DNA from: Bdellovibrionaceae bacterium UBA2351
Lineage (GTDB): Bacteria > Bdellovibrionota > Bdellovibrionia > Bdellovibrionales > Bdellovibrionaceae
Direction: 5' to 3'
DNA: 64,000 bases
Assembly (NCBI GenBank): GCA_002344565.1
Contig: DDTZ01000055.1
Location: 10 to 64,009 of the forward strand
Shown: one piece after another, positions 37,120 through 46,809 of the stretch
How the letters are laid out: every line of letters begins with the position of its first letter
How positions within the stretch are numbered: the stretch's first letter is position 1
Translations under genes and position numbers: made by a program
The notes under the pieces: generated by a model
What the model saw: the letters and a program-made list of their open reading frames with translations, nothing else
What the model was told of the DNA's origin: nothing
Database searches by the model: none

Positions 37120-38103
37120 ATGTCATTAGAAACGAATAAACACGAAGCAAAAACGTCCACTCAACCCGTAAAAGACACTTTAAGAAAAGTTCCGACTTTA
37201 AGCTTAAAGGACTACACACATGGAACTGAAGAGCAGAAGAATCAATTCATTCTTGGATTGTTTAACGGAATCAAAGACTACGGTTTTATCATCCTTAAAG
37301 ATCACCCTGTGCGCGCTGAACTTATCAATCGCGCTTACGAAATTTTAGAAGCGTTCTACAAATTACCTACGGAAGCGAAATTAAAATATGTGTCTCCAGC
37401 CGGTGGCGGACAAAAAGGTTATACAGCGTTTGGTAAAGAACACGCTAAAGATGCATCTGTTATGGACTTGAAAGAGTTCTACCATGTTGGTCGCGAAACA
37501 GAGACTGAGAAAAACATTTGGCCAACTGAAATGCCAGAATTCAAGTTAATCTTTTCTCAACTATACAATGACTTAGAAAAAGCCGGTTTAATAATGATGG
37601 AAGCTTTGACGGGTCCATTACAAGTGGAAAAAGATTTTTTCACTAAGATGGTTACTGGTGGCGTTTCTATTTTAAGACTTCTTCATTACCCACCAATTCC
37701 TGAAGGTGTTGATCCGCGTTGCCTGCGTGCAGCTCCACATGAAGATATAAATTTCATCACATTGCTGCCAGCAGCTACGGCGTCTGGCTTACAGTTAAAA
37801 GACAGAAACGGCGAATGGTTAGATATCGTTAGTGAAAACAACACATTGATCGTTGATGCGGGTGATATGTTGGCTCGGCTGACGAACGATATGATTCCTT
37901 CGACAACTCATCAAGTTGTGAACACTGAAGAAGGTCGTTTCAAAAGTCGTTTCTCGATGCCGTTCTTCATGCATCCACGTCCAGAAGCAAGCTTAGATTG
38001 TTTAGCTTCTTGTCGCGGTGAGGGCGAAAAATACCCACCGATCACTGCGGGACAGTTTTTGACTCAACGTTTGATCGAAATCGGTTTGTTACCTAAGCAA
38101 TAA
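37120..38103 (+). CDS. 2-oxoglutarate/Fe(II)-dependent oxygenase (isopenicillin N synthase family)
   Basis: LLHYPPIP ... APHEDINFITLL ... STTHQV is the HxD...H facial triad context. ATG 37120 preferred over the track start. Confidence 0.8.
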   Translation: MSLETNKHEAKTSTQPVKDTLRKVPTLSLKDYTHGTEEQKNQFILGLFNGIKDYGFIILKDHPVRAELINRAYEILEAFYKLPTEAKLKYVSPAGGGQKGYTAFGKEHAKDASVMDLKEFYHVGRETETEKNIWPTEMPEFKLIFSQLYNDLEKAGLIMMEALTGPLQVEKDFFTKMVTGGVSILRLLHYPPIPEGVDPRCLRAAPHEDINFITLLPAATASGLQLKDRNGEWLDIVSENNTLIVDAGDMLARLTNDMIPSTTHQVVNTEEGRFKSRFSMPFFMHPRPEASLDCLASCRGEGEKYPPITAGQFLTQRLIEIGLLPKQ

Positions 38104-38138
38104 TAACTGTTCGAGGGCGGGCGTTAGCCGGGGGCTAC

Positions 38139-39026
38139 TTGAAGAAAGTTTTTGTATTTATAATATTATTTCAAAGTATTTCTTCACTAGCTCAGGTGGT
38201 GGCGAATACCGATTTGCCTGAAGTCAAGTTACGCATGATTTATATGAATCGTGATTCATTTATCAAACCATGCGTGGCTAATCCATCACCGTGCGGCTTA
38301 ACTCCCGCAGAATTAAAACAAGCTACCGATCTATTAGCGGCGTCGCCTACGTTCCAGGGAATCGAATTCTCGGGTGCTTCATGGATTCCCCAAATACCTA
38401 CGACACCAGGAACAGGACGTCTAACTCCACTGTATACATCTGAAAAAATGATGGGTGCAAAAATCGTAATTAATAGCGCACGTTTACTGAATGCGCCTTT
38501 CAAGCCAGTAGCACCGTTCGAGCTTTATGTGGAATCAATGCTGGGCTATTTGTTTTTTCAGCCGTCTCAGAAGTTAGCTCCGACTCAAGCGTTAGCAAAA
38601 AAGTTTGCAGTGTTTTGGGGAAAGTTATTTAAATCGATTGGACTTGAACAATTAAAAGAAGATCGTATTGAGCTTTTAGTTTTCAAAAATAACGAAGTTC
38701 GCATAATGCTTTTGGATTCTTACCAAGCGCACTTTCTAAACCCAGAAATTTTGAAACATCTTAAATGTGATGCTGGCGGGGTGGCGAGTTACTTTACTAA
38801 TTATTCGCAAATTGCGTGGACTCAGTACAAGGCCAGCCCAAATGGTTCTAAGGGTGTGGCGCGTGCGCAATTAACTTATGATTGTGTAACAACTCGTGGA
38901 CAGCGTCAGAACATGGCAGCGGATGTGAGTTTTGAAGCTGAATTTGTCGGCATGGATAAAAAACAGTGGAATAGTAGTACATTTCAAGTCAAAGTAAATG
39001 CCTCAAGAAGAGGAGCGATTCGATAA
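38139..39026 (+). CDS. Secreted hypothetical protein
   Basis: TTG start and signal peptide MKKVFVFIILFQSISSLAQ. No motif recognised. Confidence 0.45.
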   Translation: MKKVFVFIILFQSISSLAQVVANTDLPEVKLRMIYMNRDSFIKPCVANPSPCGLTPAELKQATDLLAASPTFQGIEFSGASWIPQIPTTPGTGRLTPLYTSEKMMGAKIVINSARLLNAPFKPVAPFELYVESMLGYLFFQPSQKLAPTQALAKKFAVFWGKLFKSIGLEQLKEDRIELLVFKNNEVRIMLLDSYQAHFLNPEILKHLKCDAGGVASYFTNYSQIAWTQYKASPNGSKGVARAQLTYDCVTTRGQRQNMAADVSFEAEFVGMDKKQWNSSTFQVKVNASRRGAIR

Positions 39027-39027
39027 C

Positions 39028-39771
39028 ATGAGATTCTATTTAGTGCTCACCATCATTGCAGTTTCGCTCTATTTGGTGTTGAAGCCAAATGGATCGTCTA
39101 TTCCTGCGGATGATAGTGCTAGTTCAATTTCACAAGATGCCTCTACAGCCAAAGACGAGCCGTCAGAGCCCGCATCTTCGACCGGCGCCATTGCTTCAAC
39201 GACGACACTAGCTGCACCGATTTCGGCACCGACGGTGGACTTGGGTGCATTGGGTAGAAATAATATTGGCTTAATGCTGAATAAATTAAGCGAATGCACA
39301 GAGATTAAAAACACGGTCCCATCAAGTGCCGTTGAGCCAACACTATCTTCCATTTTGGAATCAGTTCAGCCAGAACTAGGTGAGCCGGTCATTCGCTCCG
39401 AAGACTGGAACACAACTGAAGTTACGTTAGCAGATGGAACTAAACGTGTGATCAAAATTGAAACTGTGTATGAAGATGACGACATCATCAAGCGTCTTAA
39501 GCATTATCAAGTGACCAATCAAACGCTGGTTCCGCTTGAGTTAACAAGTGAACAGTCAACAAATCCTTCTGAAACGTTTCTAGCGTCACTAGAAAAAGAG
39601 GGGACCGTGAGCAGTCGTGAACGCAGCGAACGCGTGTTCTTTCAAAATGGTGAAGAAGTCACCTACACTGAACGCGACGGCAAACTTGTAAATAGTGAAA
39701 TTATCCGCGCGGGCAAATCATTAAAATGCAGTGACTACGGTCAGCCTTCTTTTAAATGTCAGTGTTTCTGA
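39028..39771 (+). CDS. Membrane-anchored hypothetical protein
   Basis: ATG 39028 lies 2 nt after the upstream stop. N-terminal TM helix MRFYLVLTIIAVSLYLVL followed by a Ser/Ala/Thr-rich linker. Confidence 0.45.
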   Translation: MRFYLVLTIIAVSLYLVLKPNGSSIPADDSASSISQDASTAKDEPSEPASSTGAIASTTTLAAPISAPTVDLGALGRNNIGLMLNKLSECTEIKNTVPSSAVEPTLSSILESVQPELGEPVIRSEDWNTTEVTLADGTKRVIKIETVYEDDDIIKRLKHYQVTNQTLVPLELTSEQSTNPSETFLASLEKEGTVSSRERSERVFFQNGEEVTYTERDGKLVNSEIIRAGKSLKCSDYGQPSFKCQCF

Positions 39772-40028
39772 TTCTTTAAAAATTTTTCTGTTTCTTCTAA
39801 TAGTTTTAAATTCGCGATTTCTGCCTTCTTCAGATTTTTAACATCGGCCGCGGTGACTCGTGGATGTCTATACGCTTCCTTAAGCATTTTGCGATTATTT
39901 TTGGCGAGCTGATTTGTTTTTTCAATTTGATCTGTCATCATCTGCATAATTTTTTTGACTTCAGAGTCAACGGTGGGAGGGGCTGTTTTGGACCATGTCA
40001 TGAGGCTTAAAAGTAATAGAATACACAT
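39759..40028 (-). CDS. Small secreted helical hypothetical protein
   Basis: 89-aa ORF with a hydrophobic N-terminus. Its 3' end overlaps the convergent gene by 13 nt. No motif recognised. Confidence 0.3.
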   Translation of the reverse strand: MCILLLLSLMTWSKTAPPTVDSEVKKIMQMMTDQIEKTNQLAKNNRKMLKEAYRHPRVTAADVKNLKKAEIANLKLLEETEKFLKNQKH

Positions 40029-40090
40029 GCTTTGGCGCTATTCAATTTCAAGACGATGTCAAAATATGAGTAGTTTGGTTTTTAGATCCG

Positions 40091-40121
40091 AAAAGCGCTA
40101 GTTGCGACGACTAGCGCTTTT
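40091..40121 (-). terminator. Hairpin terminator candidate downstream of valS
   Basis: The reverse strand reads AAAAGCGCTAGT-CGTCGCA-ACTAGCGCTTTT with a short U tract. Confidence 0.45.
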
Positions 40122-40129
40122 CGAGTTCT

Positions 40130-42826
40130 TTAATTTTGGAAACGAACCAAAGATTCTTGTAGAGCTACGATACGGACTTTCGATTGCTCTAGTAATTCGC
40201 GGTCAGCTTTAACAACGTCTTCATCGGCATTTGCCAAGAATTTTTCGTTGCTGAGCTTGCCGTTTAGAATGCCGATATCCTTTTGCAGTTTTTCAACTAG
40301 CTTTTGGATACGCTTAACTTCTTCTTCGATATCTACGATGCCTGCTAGTGGGATGATAACTTTAGCTTGTAAGCCTGCTTGCGCGATTGAGTTTACTGCG
40401 CATTTAGACATATTGCCTTCGTCACCGATTTGAGTCACTTCTACGCGCGCCAGCGTTTCAATTACAGTTTTGTTTTCGCCTACAATTTTTTGTGCGCGAT
40501 CATCGGCTATACCGATTCTGATTTTTAACTTCTCGGCAGGGGAAATTCTGTTTTCACCTCGGATGTTGCGAATCGCAGAAATGATGTCTTTGATGAAATC
40601 TACTTCTTGTGATAACGCCTCGGAACCGAACTCAAGTAGTGCTCGATCAGAACGTACGGTTGGGTACGCATCTGTAATACAAGCGGCATTGCGGATCGGA
40701 AGCTTTTGGTAAATTTCTTCGGTAATGAATGGGCAGAATGGGTGAAGCAAGCGAATGAAGCGATTCATAACTTGCGCCATTACTACTTGTGTAGCTTTGC
40801 GTTCATTCTGACGATCGCTTGTTAAAATAGGCTTCGAGAATTCGATATACCAATCACAGAACTCATTCCAGATGAATTGATACAATGATGTAGCGGCATC
40901 AGAAAAACGTTCTTGTTCAAGTGCTTCTTCGATATTTTTTTCTAATACACCTAACTTAGTTAGAATCCATTGATCAAACAAACTCATATAGGCTTTTTGG
41001 GGCAGTGCCTTTTCTTTTTCAGCGGGCACTTCGAAATCTTTTAAGTGAGTCAGTGCATAGCGAGACGCATTCCAGATTTTATTCATGAAATTGCGGTAAC
41101 CTTCTAAACGTTGTTCAGAGAATTTCAAATCACGGCCAGAGAACAGATGAGCCAAGAACGAAAAACGAAGCGCATCGGCGCCATGTTTTTCAATCATTTC
41201 TACTGGGTCTACTGAATTACCAAGGCTCTTAGACATTTTCTGTCCATTGGCATCGCGAACTAAACCATGGATGTAAACGGTACGGAATGGAACATCACGC
41301 TTGAACTCTAAGCCCATCATGATCATACGGGCAACCCAGAAGAAAATGATATCGTGACCCGTAACTAGATAGTTAGTTGGGTAGAATGTTTTCTGAGTTT
41401 CGGTATCGTTCGGCCAGCCCATTGTTGAAAATGGCCACAAGGCTGAACTGAACCATGTGTCTAGAACATCTTCGTCTTGAGATAAGTTTTTCTTGCCGCA
41501 CTTTTCACACTCATGAGGTGCTGTTTCGGAAACAGTGATCGTTCCGCAATCGGCACAATTCCATGCTGGAATACGATGTCCCCACCAAAGCTGACGAGAA
41601 ATACACCAGTCTTCGATGATGTTCATCCAGTGAAGGTAAACCTTTGTCCAACTTTCTGGTTCAAAACGGATTGTGCCGCTTTCAACCACGCGTTTAGCTG
41701 GGGTTGCTAAGTTTTCAGTTTTAACAAACCACTGCTCAGATAAAAAAGGTTCAACAACGGCGCCAGAACGTGAACAGTGACCCACAGAGTGAACATGTGG
41801 TTCTTCTTTTACCATTTGACCAAGTTCTTTTAATTTTTCGATAACTTGTTTACGAGCTTCTTGAACTTTAAGGCCTTTGTACGGACCTGCGTTTTCGTTT
41901 AGTTCCGTTTTTTTATCAAGAATGTTGATGAATTCTAGTTTGTGTTTAACGCCGATTTTATAATCGTTGAAATCATGTGCTGGCGTAATCTTAACTACAC
42001 CGGAACCGAATTCTTTATCAACGTAAGTATCAGCGATAACAGGAATTGCGCGATTGATAATCGGAATGACGACTTTCTTGCCAACTAGGTGTTTATAACG
42101 TTCATCGTCTGGATGAACGCAAACAGCCGAATCTCCTAGCATAGTTTCTGGACGAGTCGTTGCGATGGTTACGAAGTCTTGTGTGCCTTCGATCTGGTAG
42201 TTGATGTGGTACATCGTACCTTTGATCTGCTTGTGTTCCACTTCAAGATCGGAAATAGCTGTCTCGAGTGGGCCGCTCCAGTTAACTAGGCGTTTGCCTT
42301 TGTAGATCCAGCCTTTTTTGTAAAGGTGAACGAAAACTTTGTTAACGGCTTTGGAAACATTGTCATCAAGTGTAAACGTAGCACGTTCCCAATCACATGA
42401 ATCACCGAGGCGGCGCATTTGATTGTAAATGCGGTTGCCGTACAAGTTTTTCCATTCCCAAATTTTTTCAACGAATTTTTCACGGCCAAGTTCATGGCGG
42501 GTTACGTTTGTTTTCTTTAATTCTTTTTCAACAACAGTTTGTGTTGCGATACCCGCATGATCCGTTCCAGGCAACCACATAACGTTGAAACCTTGCATAC
42601 GTTTCCAGCGAACTAACAAATCTTGAATCGTATGATCCAAAGCATGTCCCATGTGCAAGAAGCCAGTGACATTCGGTGGAGGTAAAATAATACTAAACGG
42701 AGGTTTGTGAGATTGATCTACAGATTTAAAATGACCGCTGCTTTCCCACCAAGTGTAAATTTTTGTTTCAACTTCATTAGGGTTGTAACGATCCGACAAT
42801 TCATTTTGAGTATTTTGTGAATTCAT
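40130..42826 (-). CDS. valS: Valine--tRNA ligase
   Basis: Class I HIGH (PNVTGFLHMGHAL) and KMSKS motifs, a ValRS-type editing domain and a C-terminal coiled coil; 898 aa. Confidence 0.95.
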   Translation of the reverse strand: MNSQNTQNELSDRYNPNEVETKIYTWWESSGHFKSVDQSHKPPFSIILPPPNVTGFLHMGHALDHTIQDLLVRWKRMQGFNVMWLPGTDHAGIATQTVVEKELKKTNVTRHELGREKFVEKIWEWKNLYGNRIYNQMRRLGDSCDWERATFTLDDNVSKAVNKVFVHLYKKGWIYKGKRLVNWSGPLETAISDLEVEHKQIKGTMYHINYQIEGTQDFVTIATTRPETMLGDSAVCVHPDDERYKHLVGKKVVIPIINRAIPVIADTYVDKEFGSGVVKITPAHDFNDYKIGVKHKLEFINILDKKTELNENAGPYKGLKVQEARKQVIEKLKELGQMVKEEPHVHSVGHCSRSGAVVEPFLSEQWFVKTENLATPAKRVVESGTIRFEPESWTKVYLHWMNIIEDWCISRQLWWGHRIPAWNCADCGTITVSETAPHECEKCGKKNLSQDEDVLDTWFSSALWPFSTMGWPNDTETQKTFYPTNYLVTGHDIIFFWVARMIMMGLEFKRDVPFRTVYIHGLVRDANGQKMSKSLGNSVDPVEMIEKHGADALRFSFLAHLFSGRDLKFSEQRLEGYRNFMNKIWNASRYALTHLKDFEVPAEKEKALPQKAYMSLFDQWILTKLGVLEKNIEEALEQERFSDAATSLYQFIWNEFCDWYIEFSKPILTSDRQNERKATQVVMAQVMNRFIRLLHPFCPFITEEIYQKLPIRNAACITDAYPTVRSDRALLEFGSEALSQEVDFIKDIISAIRNIRGENRISPAEKLKIRIGIADDRAQKIVGENKTVIETLARVEVTQIGDEGNMSKCAVNSIAQAGLQAKVIIPLAGIVDIEEEVKRIQKLVEKLQKDIGILNGKLSNEKFLANADEDVVKADRELLEQSKVRIVALQESLVRFQN

Positions 42827-42945
42827 GGCCTAAAGAGTATCATAAGTACTTGGCTTCGTTCAACTTATTGAATGCTTGATCGCCTTCTGACCTATTGCGG
42901 CCAGGACCTCTTGCTATCAAGTGAATCCTGGCCAAATCTTGATGT

Positions 42946-43482
42946 TTATCTGAGCTTAATTTTTGGGAAATCCAGTGGGACATCAAACGCTACGTTTGTA
43001 TAGTTTGTAAAGATATTCAGTGCCACATGAGCCAGGAGTTCCGACACTTCGGCATCTGAAAATCCCGCGTCCTTGACGGCTTGAACATCGGCCTTAGAAA
43101 TTTTAGCTCGCTCGCGAACCAGTTTACCTGCAAATTTCAAAGCGGCTTGAGTTCTGGGGTCGGCGGACTCACCGGCTTGTGCTGCCGACATTTCAGCAGC
43201 GGTGGCTCCGGCTTTTTGTCCGAGCACAGTGTGAGCCGCTAAACAGTATTCGCAGCGATTAATATCTGCAACAAGGACAGCGATTTGCTCACCCAGCTTT
43301 GCGTTTATTTTTCCTTTGCCTAAAGCGCCAAAAGAACCCCACATGCTGGCCAACGCCGCTTCAGAATTTCCGATGACCTTAAACATATTCGGAACTACCC
43401 CGAATGCGCCTTTGATTTGATCGAACATTTGCTTGTGATGTCCTTCCGTTTGTTCTGGTATTTTGATAGTTAAGTGTGACAT
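42946..43482 (-). CDS. Carboxymuconolactone decarboxylase / AhpD-like alkylhydroperoxidase family protein
   Basis: CxxC motif in INRCEYCLAAHTVLG. ATG 43482 follows AGGAGG. The longer track start is rejected. Confidence 0.75.
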   Translation of the reverse strand: MSHLTIKIPEQTEGHHKQMFDQIKGAFGVVPNMFKVIGNSEAALASMWGSFGALGKGKINAKLGEQIAVLVADINRCEYCLAAHTVLGQKAGATAAEMSAAQAGESADPRTQAALKFAGKLVRERAKISKADVQAVKDAGFSDAEVSELLAHVALNIFTNYTNVAFDVPLDFPKIKLR

Positions 43483-43583
43483 GTTTCCTCCTATATATTT
43501 TTCTATTTTCGTGAAATAATGGTTGAAAACAAGTCGGCACAAAATGGTGGGATAGGTACTTTTTGGTGCATGTTGAGGAAACT

Positions 43584-43898
43584 ATGGATGAAAAAAAATT
43601 AAAAATAAATTCTTTGGTTGAAGACGTCATCGGCTGCAAGTGGTCGCTGTCAATTTTGGATATGATGGATAAAGGAATTAAACGTCCTGGAGCCATGGTC
43701 CGTGAACAAGAAGGACTAACTACCAAAGTTCTAAACGAGCGACTGCGCCGATTTATTAAATATAAAATTATAAATAAAATTGAGTACCCAGAAATTCCGC
43801 CCCGAGTAGAATACGAATACACTCCGCTAGGAAGGAAGTTTTTAAATATCGTAGTAGCTATTCGACAGCTAGATGACGAGCTCAAGGGAAAGGATTAG
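43584..43898 (+). CDS. HxlR-family winged-helix transcriptional regulator
   Basis: VIGCKWSLSILDMM ... PPRVEYEYTPLG is typical of HxlR. Divergent from the AhpD-like gene, a common pairing. Confidence 0.75.
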   Translation: MDEKKLKINSLVEDVIGCKWSLSILDMMDKGIKRPGAMVREQEGLTTKVLNERLRRFIKYKIINKIEYPEIPPRVEYEYTPLGRKFLNIVVAIRQLDDELKGKD

Positions 43899-45075
43899 TT
43901 ACGGTACGTAAAATTGGATGCATTGATAATTGTATCCCATTTTTCTGAGAATTCCGAGCTGTTCTAAATAGGAAGAACCTGGCAAAATGCCTCTGCCATC
44001 AGAACCCAAATTTGTTTTGAAACCGTATGAATGAATCATTCGAATTTTTTTCAAAACTTCAGCGACCGGGGTTGAATGTAGCCAAAAATTTGAAGCCCCA
44101 TTCACATCGAAACGAATATCTAAATTTTTATTTTTTGCCATCAGATCTAGCCATTCTGGCGTTATGTGATTGATGTGCCCAATGCGTAGACGGACGGGGC
44201 GTCTATGGTTTTCTAAAGCAAACTTTAATATATCATAAAAGGGTCCTGTATTCGCAGCTTCGAATGCGTGGATTCGTAACTCTTGCGCTGGTTTCACTCA
44301 TGAAATCTAAAAGGTTAGTCAGCAGTTCTGCTTTTACCTTTTTCATTTTATCCATTTCAAATTCTTGGTTATCCTCAAACAGGCTAGACGTAATATCTAA
44401 ACCGTCAATGCCGTGGTCTCCTTCTAGGCGTTTAATCGCACTTTTGATTTTATCTCGGCGAACGCTGACAAATGTTTTTACTTTAGCTTTGTAGTGCATA
44501 GCCATCGCTGTGAAGGTTGAATAGCGCCACTGGTGAACAGGGTCGTGCAAAAATACTTCAGGAATAGAAATATGCATTTCCTTCCAATTTTGATATTGAT
44601 CTGCTTCAAAGTAATGTCGGTATAGACGGATCAAATGTTCGGAGGAAAGGCTTTTTATCCAGTGAGTGCGAATGTCTTCTTGGGTGGCATATATTTTTCT
44701 GACGTCGGCACTCGAAAGGCCTTTTCCAACTTTTTCAATAAAAACAAAGTGTCTAAAATTTTCGACCGGATCGCCGGGTAAACTATGACATAGATCTTTT
44801 ATCGTTAAATGAGCGAAGTCTTCTGGAGTAACTGTTTGTCGAGCAGCCTCTTCCGAAAGATCAAAATTTACTTTCATAAAAAGTAAATATCGCTCATACG
44901 TAACCAGAGTTTTGGATAGCAATTGTTCTTCGACCGGAATGGAAAATACATCACTTCCTAATGATGCAAAATTATCTGCAAGAAAGAGCGAAGAAAAATG
45001 TTCGTGAAAGTTAGACGCCCAACACGTGAGTGTGTTAAGCACGGCAAATAGAACAATAAGAACGGATTGTCGCAT
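43899..45075 (-). pseudogene. Secreted adenosine/AMP-deaminase-superfamily (ADA/ADGF-like) gene split by a frameshift near 44280-44297
   Basis: The upstream ORF (45075-44233) has a signal peptide and an HxH motif (NFHEHF). The downstream ORF (44297-43899) carries IHAFEAA (HAGE position), LRIGHINH (RIGHG), GASN and LGSDG (TDDP position). The two frames overlap by 65 nt. Confidence 0.55.
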
Positions 45076-45539
45076 AGGAAAATACAAAGTAATATGGAGG
45101 CCTAAATAGCGCCGTAAATATCTGATTTTACGCCTATTTGTTCGCTGTTTTGGAGTAGAGGCCCATTTAGCGCTGTACCTCTGTCAAAACGTTAAACAGC
45201 AGAAGGTGTTAGCGCCGGCTTAACATTGGCATTCACGCCCTGTCTAGAGGGCCGGCGAATAAGTTTTTAGTATGAGTAAATGTATTTTTTTAGTTTCGTG
45301 ATTAATTGTAAAAATTGGATAGTTGTCTGAACTCGACCCATCTTTTCTTTTTAGTAAAGATTATTTAGCCATTAGACCTAGTGTTAAACCCTTGAATTTA
45401 TTCGCTATAAATTGCTAGTGATGTTACTCCATTTTGGCACTTGGTTGGCAGCAAAGTAATTGAATTTTATTTTTCGCCGAGTGCGTTTAACTATTTGTTC
45501 TGTCGAAACTTTAGACGGTTCGACTAAGATAGGAATTGT

Positions 45540-46772
45540 ATGAAAATGACTTCAGTAAAAATCATAGGTTTGTCTGCAGCGATCGCAATGAGCATATCAT
45601 TGTCAGCGTGTGATGTTCGCAATGAACTTAAAGACATGCACAAGAGCACCGGAAATATGGAGAAGAACACTGAAAAAATGGTGGAAATCACTGACCGCAT
45701 GGAAAAAATGACGGAAAAAATGAGCGGTGATGTTGAAGAAATGAAAACTGAAACTAAAGAAGTTAATGAGAGTGTTGTCACCATGGGGCAAAAGATGGAC
45801 AACGTAAATCAAAACATCAATCAATTCAATGGTAAGATTGATAAACTCCACGTTGTTATTGATAGCCTTGAGAGCCGTGTAGGGACAGGCATTGAAGAAA
45901 CATACGACGGCCTTCGCCAAGGTGATTCTTCGAATTTACGTCGTTTGGCGTTTCAAGGTATGTTGAATGCGCGAGCGCATGAAAAGAAACTTCTTGAGGC
46001 AGCTCAGTACCTTGCTGGCTATGAGTTTTATTTTTGGCGCGGTTTCGGCGTTGACGCTGATTTGGCTCGTCGTGAAGAGCTAGTGACAGGCGCGGCTCAG
46101 CAGTTTTTTAAAGATATTTACGAAATTTATAATTATAAAGCTGCCGTTTTTCCAATGGCAGATCCCGATTTAGGCGAAGGCTTTAATCGTGAAGCTTCGT
46201 TCAATGCAATTGCGGCGGCTTTGCACATGGATAATCCGAAGCAAAAAGAAAACATTAAATTGATGGCTAATAAAGGAATTAAAGTTGAAGAACTTTCGTT
46301 CCTAAAAATCATCAAGGCCGGCTTAGTGGCTAAGATCAACGTTGAAGATAAAAAGTTGAAATTAGAAAACGTTCCGGCTCAGTACAAAGAAGTAATGATT
46401 AACGAAGAGATTTCAATCAAGTTGTTGCAGGCGCGTTGGAATTTCTTGGCGGTTGCTGCTTTAGATAAAAGTTTTCACTTCAAGCAAAACGGTGTTTTTA
46501 AGTATGTTCGCGCGGCTTGGAATTTAGCGACGACTTGGAAATTGGACTTTTCTAAATTGAACTCAAGCCAAATTGCTGATCAACATTTCTATTTAAAAGA
46601 AGCGCAGTCGGCACGTACATTTTTGACCTCAATCGGCGTTGAAACCAAGCCAGATATATTGTTAGTTTCATTCATCAACCGAATGAGACCGGCCAATGTT
46701 GATAAGCTTTCTGGTGAAAATCGCGCCAAAGTGGAAGAATGCTTACAAATTTTAGAATCATTTACGAAGTAA
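45540..46772 (+). CDS. Lipoprotein of unknown function with an N-terminal Met/Glu/Lys-rich coiled region
   Basis: Signal peptide with lipobox ISLSAC, then repeats DMHKSTGNMEKNTEKMVEITDRMEKMTEKMSGDVEEMK. Confidence 0.55.
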   Translation: MKMTSVKIIGLSAAIAMSISLSACDVRNELKDMHKSTGNMEKNTEKMVEITDRMEKMTEKMSGDVEEMKTETKEVNESVVTMGQKMDNVNQNINQFNGKIDKLHVVIDSLESRVGTGIEETYDGLRQGDSSNLRRLAFQGMLNARAHEKKLLEAAQYLAGYEFYFWRGFGVDADLARREELVTGAAQQFFKDIYEIYNYKAAVFPMADPDLGEGFNREASFNAIAAALHMDNPKQKENIKLMANKGIKVEELSFLKIIKAGLVAKINVEDKKLKLENVPAQYKEVMINEEISIKLLQARWNFLAVAALDKSFHFKQNGVFKYVRAAWNLATTWKLDFSKLNSSQIADQHFYLKEAQSARTFLTSIGVETKPDILLVSFINRMRPANVDKLSGENRAKVEECLQILESFTK

Positions 46773-46783
46773 TAATCTTTAGC

Positions 46784-46809
46784 GATGTTGTTCCTATTGG
46801 AACAACATC
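46784..46809. terminator. 11-bp perfect hairpin between convergent genes, overlapping the permease stop codon
   Basis: GATGTTGTTCC-TATT-GGAACAACATC. There is no clear U tract on either strand. Confidence 0.4.

Noticed and set aside
42827-42945. Possible T-box or other leader upstream of valS (hairpin GGCCAGGA...TCCTGGCC).
   Set aside because: The gap is only ~119 nt and I see no T-box consensus (AANNNGGGTGGNACCGCG) or specifier architecture. The hairpin is more simply the 3' end of the upstream AhpD-like gene.
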